A DNA stretch of 64,000 nucleotides from Octopus vulgaris (lineage: Eukaryota): contig OX597841.1 of NCBI GenBank assembly GCA_951406725.2, forward strand, positions 6,386,001 through 6,450,000, given 5' to 3'. Shown here in pieces: positions 53,705 to 64,000 of the stretch; positions within the stretch are counted from its first letter, which is position 1, and each line of letters opens with the position of its first letter. Both the position numbers and the translations under genes were made by a program. Under the pieces are notes generated by a model, which was given only the letters and a program-made list of their open reading frames with translations, was not told the DNA's origin and made no database searches.

Positions 53705-56700
53705 CATTGTGATAGATATAATACAGCATTGCTGAAAGCAGGCTACAAAAGTAAAATATGGTATATACCCAAGGATAATCCTTCAAATGGGAGTGGAACT
53801 ATTAGGAACAACGCCAATAGATTTAGGACAAACAATAATAACTGTAAGAAAAGGAAATATATATAAAAACGCTTATGATAATTATAGAGGTGTTGTTAAC
53901 CTCGGAACTGTGGACGGTAGTTTAAATAAATTAGCGCAAACAGGTGATGGTAGTAATATTAATAATATACATATCAAAACTAATGGTAGGTATGATAATA
54001 GTAAAGTTTACTTACGTAATAATTATGGGAATATTGATAATGATAGGCATAACAATGACATTGTTAAGGATAGTAAACATAAAACTTAGATAAAAAAAAA
54101 ACTTAGATATGTTTCGACCAGAGATTGGTCCAGGCCATGTCTAACTTAATAGCACCACCTGATAGGATTATTCGAATTCTGTTTAAGTCAAGTTTTGTTC
54201 AAGTAGTGAGATCTTGTTGGGTGAGTTGTATCCAGTTTTGTTCAAGTAGTGAGTTCTTGTTGGGTGAGCTGTATCCAATTATGGGTGGCTTATCTGGTAT
54301 TCTTTGAAGGAATCTATCCAGACTCTGTTTGAAGTTGATGGGATCCTTTTCCTCTTTGATCTCCCTCGGGACAATGTTAAATAGGGCAGGGCCTGTTGAG
54401 GAAAAGAAATTATGTTGCAGTGTACGTGTATGTTGTGATCTTGAATTTGGCAGGGGACGTATAGCCCGTGGTCCAAGTCTTGGATGAACCTTGAAGCTAA
54501 TGTTTAGGTCGTTTGGGCAAAGTTGGCGGTATATTTTCCACATCGTACAAATGATGTACCGCTCACGGCGACGCTGGAGGGAGTAAAGTTTCAAGGCTTT
54601 AAGGCGATCCCAATAATCGAGAGCAGCCATGCCTTCAATTTGTTTAGTGAGAGCCCTCTGGGGTGACTCAATTCTGGAGATGTTTTGTCTTGTGTGAGGA
54701 AACCACAGTGGGCAGCAGTATTCAAGGTGTGGCCGTACAAAGGAGGAAAAAAGTGGTATGATGACACCTTGTTCTCTGGACCGGAAAGTTCTTAAGATCC
54801 AGGAACTCATCCTACGAGCTATATCGACCTTCTTGTTGATGTGTGCACTCCAACAGAGATCGTCATCAACAATTACACCCAGGTCTCTGATATTGTTAGA
54901 GGCTGTGAGCGGTTCCCCTGAAGGAAGAGAGTATGGTTGTTTTAGTGAGGAATTTCTTCCAAAATGCATCAGCTCAAATTTTCCCTCATTCAGTTGCATT
55001 TTGTTTCTGTCTGCCCATTGACTCACAGCATATAGATCAGACTGGAGTTGTGTTCGGTCTGCTTCTTCATTGACGATTTGCTGGAGCTTAGTGTCATCAG
55101 CGAATATTTTCATTTTGCAGTGATGTACGACACTGGAAAGGTCGTTTACGTAAATTATGAAGAGTAGCGGACCCAAAACAGTTCCCTGGGGAACACCGCT
55201 GGTGACTTTTGCTGGGTTTGAGTGGACTCCATCAACTACAACATGTTGTGTTCTATTTGCCAGGAAATACTGAATCCATCGTAGAACTTTTCCACGGATT
55301 CCAACATTTGCCAATTTTGAGAGTCGAGGAATAAGATTTTTACTAAAAACAGCAATTTGATCGGCAACCCTAATACTGATGGCTGATAATCCCATATGCA
55401 TTGCAGATAAAAACAGACATAGTTAGAGCTTTGCACAATGTAATATTTAGGCACTTTGTTAAGGGTAGGAATAAATTTGGTCAATTAATTAACAATGGAA
55501 CTGTTAGAATAGGATATAGCATTACACACAATCTAGCCACCATCATCTCCTCTTTTAATAACAGGAAACTGGATTACTTCTATAAAGATAGAAAGTTGAA
55601 TTTAGATAATAGGAATTTGCCTCTCTTTAAAAGTAGGAACAATATATCTTTTGGAGCTAACGAGAACAACCCTCTTACAAATTATGATGGTACCGTACCT
55701 GTAAGGAAAAATATTAATGTAATGGATGATACTACTACCACCAATACCATTACTATTGATAGGAATAGCGCCAATAATGATGAATCAAATCATTCGTTGA
55801 ATTTGGGATTGGTTGGTAAAAATAATTGTAACACTACTAATGTGAATGGTGTTACAGGAATGTGGACCAATGTTAGATTACCCCAACCTGTTGATAACTG
55901 TAATTGTAGAAACAGAAATAAATGTGTGTTTGGTAATCAATGCCTCAGGAAGGAGGTAGTTTATCAATGCACTGTGGATACACAATTTAGTAGTAGGGTA
56001 TACATCGGAGCAACTATGAATAGCATGAAATAGAGACTTAATTATCATAGATATACTTTTAGAAATAAAAATAGGATGTACTCTACGGGGTTAAGTGCAT
56101 ACATTTGGGAACTCAAAAGTAAGAACTTAGATTTTAAATTAAATTGGAAAATACTAACTTCTTCACCTGTGTATAATGGAAAAAATAAAAAATGCTCTCT
56201 ATGTATTATTAATAACATAAAAGAAAAATTTTTTTGCATTCACAAACTACCGTACACTTTCTCTAGATTTAAATAGAACTTAGCTTTTCTACTAGTAATA
56301 TTTTAACTCCCTTCTGTATCTTATTATACTAGTAGTCTTCTACAATTTTAAAACATGCAACTTATAAATTTATAATTTTATATAATTTTGTAGCTACACA
56401 TGTATATAAATATATATGTCCTGTATTAATTGTTTTTTGTGTTTTTTTGTCCTGGTTTATAAGGGAAATACACTGCGACAAGAAAGAATATATTCATTTT
56501 GGTATATACACAGTAATATGATATTGTTGGAGTTTTCTAAAATTAAAGAGTGTGTATGAGTATCATAGTTGGATACCTGGTTTTAGATAGTGTAATACTA
56601 ATATGTAATAAATGAGAGTCTATTTTGGATTTTGTTTGTTTTGGTTGAGTATATGGGTTTTTGCAGGTATTTATTTGGCAGGCTTATATATTGTATATTT

Positions 56701-57430
56701 AGTGTATCTTTGTACTCACCTAAATTTGTATCTTATGCTATTTATTAATAAACCTATTCATTTACTTACATTTGGCTTTATACATATTAGCAGTCTTATA
56801 TATTTAGTCTATGTTTGTACTCATCTTGATTTGTACATTATGTTATTCATCTATTTATTTATTTAGTCATTATCTATAGATAAATGTTTACATAATAGTA
56901 GCCTGTATACTAAGTTTATATATGTACTTTTTTCAATATATATCTTCATTTTATTTTATGTTATTTATTTATCTATATACTCTTTTATGCATATGTGGAT
57001 ATTTGCATATTAGCATTACTATATATTAGGTGTACCTGTGTATTTATCTTAATTTGTTTTCTATGGTATTTATCTATTTATATAGTCATTTACTTATTTA
57101 TTTATTTATTTAAATGTAGATATATACATACATATCAATTATTTATTATAATAAAATATGGATACATGTATACTAGTTTGTACTTATACTCTCTTTGTAA
57201 TTTTAATTATTTCTTCTTATTTTATTTTATCACATTTTAATCTTAAGTAATTACAATTATTAACTTATAATTAATTTAATTTTTGTTATTTACTTATATA
57301 CCATTATATTGGTCCTACGTATTTAATGTCAAATCCTGTTAATTATTACATTTGTATTTATGTAATTGTATTTTATATTTCTATTTCCTTGTCTAATTAT
57401 ATTTACAATATATTTTGATATTATTTAATG
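53700..57430 (+). mobile_element. PLE-3: 5'-truncated, degenerate Penelope-like element of a different lineage (CNCR linker), interrupted by a LINE
   Basis: Starts at (TA)n with YNTALLKAGYKSKIWY (RT thumb) and resumes after the LINE with WLIIPYALQIKTDI...HF...VRIGYS...NLATIISSFN, CNCRNRNKC...CLRKEVVYQCTV...YIGAT...K*R..YH...STGLSAYIWELK...WKIL...CSLC. In-frame TAG at 56031. Long AT-rich 3' region; right boundary uncertain. Confidence 0.85.
54095..55325 (-). mobile_element. 5'-truncated CR1/L2-group LINE (RT C-terminal half plus 3' UTR)
   Basis: Uninterrupted frame with SGVPQGTVLGPLLF, FADDTK, RDLGVIVD, VRPHLEYCC, YWDRLKALKLYSLQRRRER. 3' stem-loop GACCA-atctc-TGGTC and a tail containing ATCTAAGT twice. 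Confidence 0.93.
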
Positions 57431-57570
57431 CCTAATTTTGTATATAACCTTTTAGGCTATCCTAACATTGACGGTCTTTTTTTCCTCCTCTTCTTCTGCT
57501 TTAATTATTACATTCGCTACGAAAATTTAACCTTTTAGGCTACTTTCAATCGCCATAACTTGATTTATTT

Positions 57571-60500
57571 GTAATCCTATCTTTTCCCATCTTTCCGCCA
57601 TTGACGGTCTTTTTTATTCCTCTTCTTCTGCTTATGCTAAAACTTGAAAATCGCCATTACCATTACGATTCTGCAATTTAAATTCCCAATTCAACTTACT
57701 TTCTTCTTCAATTTCAACCCCCGGTCGATGCCCGCAGCAAGTTCTTAAAAATTTATCTTACTATTTTTATTCGTTGTTACTACGTTTATTCATACATTGA
57801 TAACTTGATTCATCTTACCCATCTCATTCGCTACGAAAATTTAACCTTTTAGGCTACTTTCAAGCCTTCGCCATAACTTGATTTATCTTTCCTATCTCTC
57901 TCTCTACAAAATTTAACCTTAGGCTACCTCAAGCCGTAATCCTATCTTTTCCCATCTTTCCGCCATTGACGGTCTTTTTTCCTCCTCTTCTTCTGCTTAT
58001 GCTAAAACTTGAAAATCGCCATTACCATTACGATTCTGCAATTTAAATTCCCAATTCAACTTACTTTCTTCTTCAATTTCAACCCCCGGTCGATGCCCGC
58101 AGCAAGTTCTTAAAAATTTATCTTACTATTTTTATTCGTTGTTACTACGTTTATTCATACATTGATAACTTGATTCATCTTACCCATCTCATTCGCTACG
58201 AAAATTTAACCTTTTAGGCTACTTTCAAGCCTTCGCCATAACTTGATTTATCTTTCCTATCTCTCTCTCTACAAAATTTAACCTTAGGCTACCTCAAGCC
58301 GTAATCCTATCTTTTCCCATCTTTCCGCCATTGGCGGTCTTTTTTTCCTCCTCTTCTTCTGCTTATGCTAAAACTTGAAAATCGCCATTACCATTACGAT
58401 TCTGCAATTTAAATTCCCAATTCAACTTACTTTCTTCTTCAATTTCAACCCCGGTCGATGCCCGCAGCAAGTTCTTAAAAATTTATCTTACTATTTTTAT
58501 TCGTTGTTACTACGTTTATTCATACATTGATAACTTGATTCATCTTACCCATCTCATTCGCTACGAAAATTTAACCTTTTAGGCTACTTTCAAGCCTTCG
58601 CCATAACTTGATTTATCTTTCCTATCTCTCTCTCTACAAAATTTAACCTTAGGCTACCTCAAGCCGTAATCCTATCTTTTCCCATCTTTCCGCCATTGGC
58701 GGTCTTTTTTCCTCCTCTTCTTCTGCTTATGCTAAAACTTGAAAATCGCCATTACCATTACGATTCTGCAATTTAAATTCCCAATTCAACTTACTTTCTT
58801 CTTCAATTTCAACCCCCGGTCGATGCCCGCAGCAAGTTCTTAAAAATTTATCTTACTATTTTTATTCGTTGTTACTACGTTTATTCATACATTGATAACT
58901 TGATTCATCTTACCCATCTCATTCGCTACGAAAATTTAACCTTTTAGGCTACTTTCAAGCCTTCGCCATAACTTGATTTATCTTTCCTATCTCTCTCTCT
59001 ACAAAATTTAACCTTAGGCTACCTCAAGCCGTAATCCTATCTTTTCCCATCTTTCCGCCATTGGCGGTCTTTTTTTCCTCCTCTTCTTCTGCTTATGCTA
59101 AAACTTGAAAATCGCCATTACCATTACGATTCTGCAATTTAAATTCCCAATTCAACTTACTTTCTTCTTCAATTTCAACCCCCGGTCGATGCCCGCAGCA
59201 AGTTCTTAAAAATTTATCTTACTATTTTTATTCGTTGTTACTACGTTTATTCATACATTGATAACTTGATTCATCTTACCCATCTCATTCGCTACGAAAA
59301 TTTAACCTTTTAGGCTACTTTCAAGCCTTCGCCATAACTTGATTTATCTTTCCTATCTCTCTCTCTACAAAATTTAACCTTAGGCTACCTCAAGCCGTAA
59401 TCCTATCTTTTCCCATCTTTCCGCCATTGGCGGTCTTTTTTTCCTCCTCTTCTTCTGCTTATGCTAAAACTTGAAAATCGCCATTACCATTACGATTCTG
59501 CAATTTAAATTCCCAATTCAACTTACTTTCTTCTTCAATTTCAACCCCCGGTCGATGCCCGCAGCAAGTTCTTAAAAATTTATCTTACTATTTTTATTCG
59601 TTGTTACTACGTTTATTCATACATTGATAACTTGATTCATCTTACCCATCTCATTCGCTACGAAAATTTAACCTTTTAGGCTACTTTCAAGCCTTCGCCA
59701 TAACTTGATTTATCTTTCCTATCTCTCTCTCTACAAAATTTAACCTTAGGCTACCTCAAGCCGTAATCCTATCTTTTCCCATCTTTCCGCCATTGGCGGT
59801 CTTTTTTCCTCCTCTTCTTCTGCTTATGCTAAAACTTGAAAATCGCCATTACCATTACGATTCTGCAATTTAAATTCCCAATTCAACTTACTTTCTTCTT
59901 CAATTTCAACCCCCGGTCGATGCCCGCAGCAAGTTCTTAAAAATTTATCTTACTATTTTTATTCGTTGTTACTACGTTTATTCATACATTGATAACTTGA
60001 TTCATCTTACCCATCTCATTCGCTACGAAAATTTAACCTTTTAGGCTACTTTCAAGCCTTCGCCATAACTTGATTTATCTTTCCTATCTCTCTCTCTACA
60101 AAATTTAACCTTAGGCTACCTCAAGCCGTAATCCTATCTTTTCCCATCTTTCCGCCATTGGCGGTCTTTTTTTCCTCCTCTTCTTCTGCTTATGCTAAAA
60201 CTTGAAAATCGCCATTACCATTACGATTCTGCAATTTAAATTCCCAATTCAACTTACTTTCTTCTTCAATTTCAACCCCCGGTCGATGCCCGCAGCAAGT
60301 TCTTAAAAATTTATCTTACTATTTTTATTCGTTGTTACTACGTTTATTCATACATTGATAACTTGATTCATCTTACCCATCTCATTCGCTACGAAAATTT
60401 AACCTTTTAGGCTACTTTCAAGCCTTCGCCATAACTTGATTTATCTTTCCTATCTCTCTCTCTACAAAATTTAACCTTAGGCTACCTCAAGCCGTAATCC

Positions 60501-63500
60501 TATCTTTTCCCATCTTTCCGCCATTGACGGTCTTTTTTCCTCCTCTTCTTCTGCTTATGCTAAAACTTGAAAATCGCCATTACCATTACGATTCTGCAAT
60601 TTAAATTCCCAATTCAACTTACTTTCTTCTTCAATTTCAACCCCGGTCGATGCCCGCAGCAAGTTCTTAAAAATTTATCTTACTATTTTTATTCGTTGTT
60701 ACTACGTTTATTCATACATTGATAACTTGATTCATCTTACCCATCTCATTCGCTACGAAAATTTAACCTTTTAGGCTACTTTCAAGCCTTCGCCATAACT
60801 TGATTTATCTTTCCTATCTCTCTCTACAAAATTTAACCTTAGGCTACCTCAAGCCGTAATCCTATCTTTTCCCATCTTTCCGCCATTGACGGTCTTTTTT
60901 TCCTCCTCTTCTTCTGCTTATGCTAAAACTTGAAAATCGCCATTACCATTACGATTCTGCAATTTAAATTCCCAATTCAACTTACTTTCTTCTTCAATTT
61001 CAACCCCGGTCGATGCCCGCAGCAAGTTCTTAAAAATTTATCTTACTATTTTTATTCGTTGTTACTACGTTTATTCATACATTGATAACTTGATTCATCT
61101 TACCCATCTCATTCGCTACGAAAATTTAACCTTTTAGGCTACTTTCAAGCCTTCGCCATAACTTGATTTATCTTTCCTATCTCTCTCTCTACAAAATTTA
61201 ACCTTAGGCTACCTCAAGCCGTAATCCTATCTTTTCCCATCTTTCCGCCATTGGCGGTCTTTTTTCCTCCTCTTCTTCTGCTTATGCTAAAACTTGAAAA
61301 TCGCCATTACCATTACGATTCTGCAATTTAAATTCCCAATTCAACTTACTTTCTTCTTCAATTTCAACCCCGGTCGATGCCCGCAGCAAGTTCTTAAAAA
61401 TTTATCTTACTATTTTTATTCGTTGTTACTACGTTTATTCATACATTGATAACTTGATTCATCTTACCCATCTCATTCGCTACGAAAATTTAACCTTTTA
61501 GGCTACTTTCAAGCCTTCGCCATAACTTGATTTATCTTTCCTATCTCTCTCTCTACAAAATTTAACCTTAGGCTACCTCAAGCCGTAATCCTATCTTTTC
61601 CCATCTTTCCGCCATTGACGGTCTTTTTTTCCTCCTCTTCTTCTGCTTATGCTAAAACTTGAAAATCGCCATTACCATTACGATTCTGCAATTTAAATTC
61701 CCAATTCAACTTACTTTCTTCTTCAATTTCAACCCCGGTCGATGCCCGCAGCAAGTTCTTAAAAATTTATCTTACTATTTTTATTCGTTGTTACTACGTT
61801 TATTCATACATTGATAACTTGATTCATCTTACCCATCTCATTCGCTACGAAAATTTAACCTTTTAGGCTACTTTCAAGCCTTCGCCATAACTTGATTTAT
61901 CTTTCCTATCTCTCTCTCTACAAAATTTAACCTTAGGCTACCTCAAGCCGTAATCCTATCTTTTCCCATCTTTCCGCCATTGGCGGTCTTTTTTTCCTCC
62001 TCTTCTTCTGCTTATGCTAAAACTTGAAAATCGCCATTACCATTACGATTCTGCAATTTAAATTCCCAATTCAACTTACTTTCTTCTTCAATTTCAACCC
62101 CGGTCGATGCCCGCAGCAAGTTCTTAAAAATTTATCTTACTATTTTTATTCGTTGTTACTACGTTTATTCATACATTGATAACTTGATTCATCTTACCCA
62201 TCTCATTCGCTACGAAAATTTAACCTTTTAGGCTACTTTCAAGCCTTCGCCATAACTTGATTTATCTTTCCTATCTCTCTCTCTACAAAATTTAACCTTA
62301 GGCTACCTCAAGCCGTAATCCTATCTTTTCCCATCTTTCCGCCATTGGCGGTCTTTTTTTCCTCCTCTTCTTCTGCTTATGCTAAAACTTGAAAATCGCC
62401 ATTACCATTACGATTCTGCAATTTAAATTCCCAATTCAACTTACTTTCTTCTTCAATTTCAACCCCGGTCGATGCCCGCAGCAAGTTCTTAAAAATTTAT
62501 CTTACTATTTTTATTCGTTGTTACTACGTTTATTCATACATTGATAACTTGATTCATCTTACCCATCTCATTCGCTACGAAAATTTAACCTTTTAGGCTA
62601 CTTTCAAGCCTTCGCCATAACTTGATTTATCTTTCCTATCTCTCTCTCTACAAAATTTAACCTTAGGCTACCTCAAGCCGTAATCCTATCTTTTCCCATC
62701 TTTCCGCCATTGGCGGTCTTTTTTTCCTCCTCTTCTTCTTGCTTATGCTAAAACTTGAAAATCGCCATTACCATTACGATTCTGCAATTTAAATTCCCAA
62801 TTCAACTTACTTTCTTCTTCAATTTCAACTCCCGGTCGATGCCCGCAGCAAGTTCTTAAAAATTTATCTTACTATTTTTATTCGTTGTTACTACGTTTAT
62901 TCATACATTGATAACTTGATTCATCTTACCCATCTCATTCGCTACGAAAATTTAACCTTTTAGGCTACTTTCAAGCCTTCGCCATAACTTGATTTATCTT
63001 TCCTATCTCTCTCTCTACAAAATTTAACCTTAGGCTACCTCAAGCCATAATCCCATCTTTTCCCATCTTTCCGCCATTGGCGGTCTTTTTTCCTCCTCTT
63101 CTTCTGCTTATGCTAAAACTTGAAAATCGCCATTACCATTACGATTCTGCAATTTAAATTCCCAATTCAACTTACTTTCTTCTTCAATTTCAACCCCGGT
63201 CGATGCCCGCAGCAAGTTCTTAAAAATTTATCTTACTATTTTTATTCGTTGTTACTACGTTTATTCATACATTGATAACTTGATTCATCTTACCCATCTC
63301 ATTCGCTACGAAAATTTAACCTTTTAGGCTACTTTCAAGCCTTCGCCATAACTTGATTTATCTTTCCTATCTCTCTCTCTACAAAATTTAACCTTAGGCT
63401 ACCTCAAGCCGTAATCCCATCTTTTCCCATCTTTCCGCCATTGGCGGTCTTTTTCCTCCTCTTCTTCTTCTTATGCTAAAACTTGAAAATCGCCATTACC

Positions 63501-64000
63501 ATTACGATTCTGCAATTTAAATTCCCAATTCAACTTACTTTCTTCTTCAATTTCAACTCCCGGTCGATGCCCGCAGCAAGTTCTTAAAAATTTATCTTAC
63601 TATTTTTATTCGTTGTTACTACGTTTATTCATACATTGATAACTTGATTCATCTTACCCATCTCATTCGCTACGAAAATTTAACCTTTTAGGCTACTTTC
63701 AAGCCGTCGCCATAACTTGATTTATCTTTCCTATCTCTCTCTCTACGAAATTTAACCTTAGGCTACCTCAAGCCGTAATCCTATCTTTTCCCATCTTTCC
63801 GCCATTGGCGGTCTTTTTTTCCTCCTCTTCTTCTTCTTATGCTAAAACTTGAAAATCGCCATTACCATTACGATTCTGCAATTTAAATTCCCAATTCAAC
63901 TTACTTTCTTCTTCAATTTCAACTCCCGGTCGATGCCCGCAGCAAGTTCTTAAAAATTTATCTTACTATTTTTATTCGTTGTTACTACGTTTATTCATAC
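57571..64000. repeat. Tandem satellite, ~365-bp unit, about 17.6 copies, continuing past the window end
   Basis: Anchor gtaatcctatc at 57571, 57936, 58301 and onward; units are nearly identical; the + strand is pyrimidine-rich. Confidence 0.98.

Noticed and set aside
54105-54140. GACCA/TGGTC stem followed by GAAAC at the LINE 3' end as a hammerhead
   Set aside because: No CUGANGA-like box precedes the stem; better explained as the LINE 3' stem-loop.
55326-55401. N-terminus MHMGLSAISIRV... of the 400-aa RT ORF
   Set aside because: This is antisense PLE-3 sequence read through the LINE's 5' truncation point, not a true start.
57571-64000. Satellite as a CRISPR array, a coding repeat or a hammerhead (retrozyme) array
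   Set aside because: No unique spacers, no ORF of 60 aa or more, and the TTGATAA...GAAA pair in the unit lacks stems I and II.

Overview
Repeat-rich animal genomic DNA, most consistent with an octopus or other coleoid cephalopod. That is an inference from the (TA)n/(TG)n density, the tRNA-type SINEs and the TGEKP C2H2 zinc-finger array; there is no prokaryotic content. Bases 1-2717 are the 3' part of an uninterrupted Penelope-like retroelement (PLE; RT plus GIY-YIG). Bases 2.0-36.8 kb form a recent ~8.9-kb higher-order tandem array of about 3.9 units. Each unit has a PLE 3' UTR, a second PLE with an inverted pseudo-LTR, and two ~3.3-kb subunits carrying SINEs, a Tc1/mariner remnant, exon-like segments and tiny inverted-repeat elements. 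Hammerhead-ribozyme-like motifs from four element families can be read in this array: one with a canonical core, three variant. To the right lie an intronless 5' fragment of VPS33B inside a (TA)n tract and a decayed C2H2-ZF array that runs in frame into beta-propeller-like sequence. Further right are Helitron and LINE remnants, an RFX X-box with a candidate first exon, and a third PLE interrupted by a CR1/L2-type LINE. A 365-bp satellite runs from ~57.5 kb off the window end. Most short ORFs in the track are microsatellite or antisense artefacts. Element boundaries next to microsatellites are approximate, and family names come from motif recognition, not database searches.
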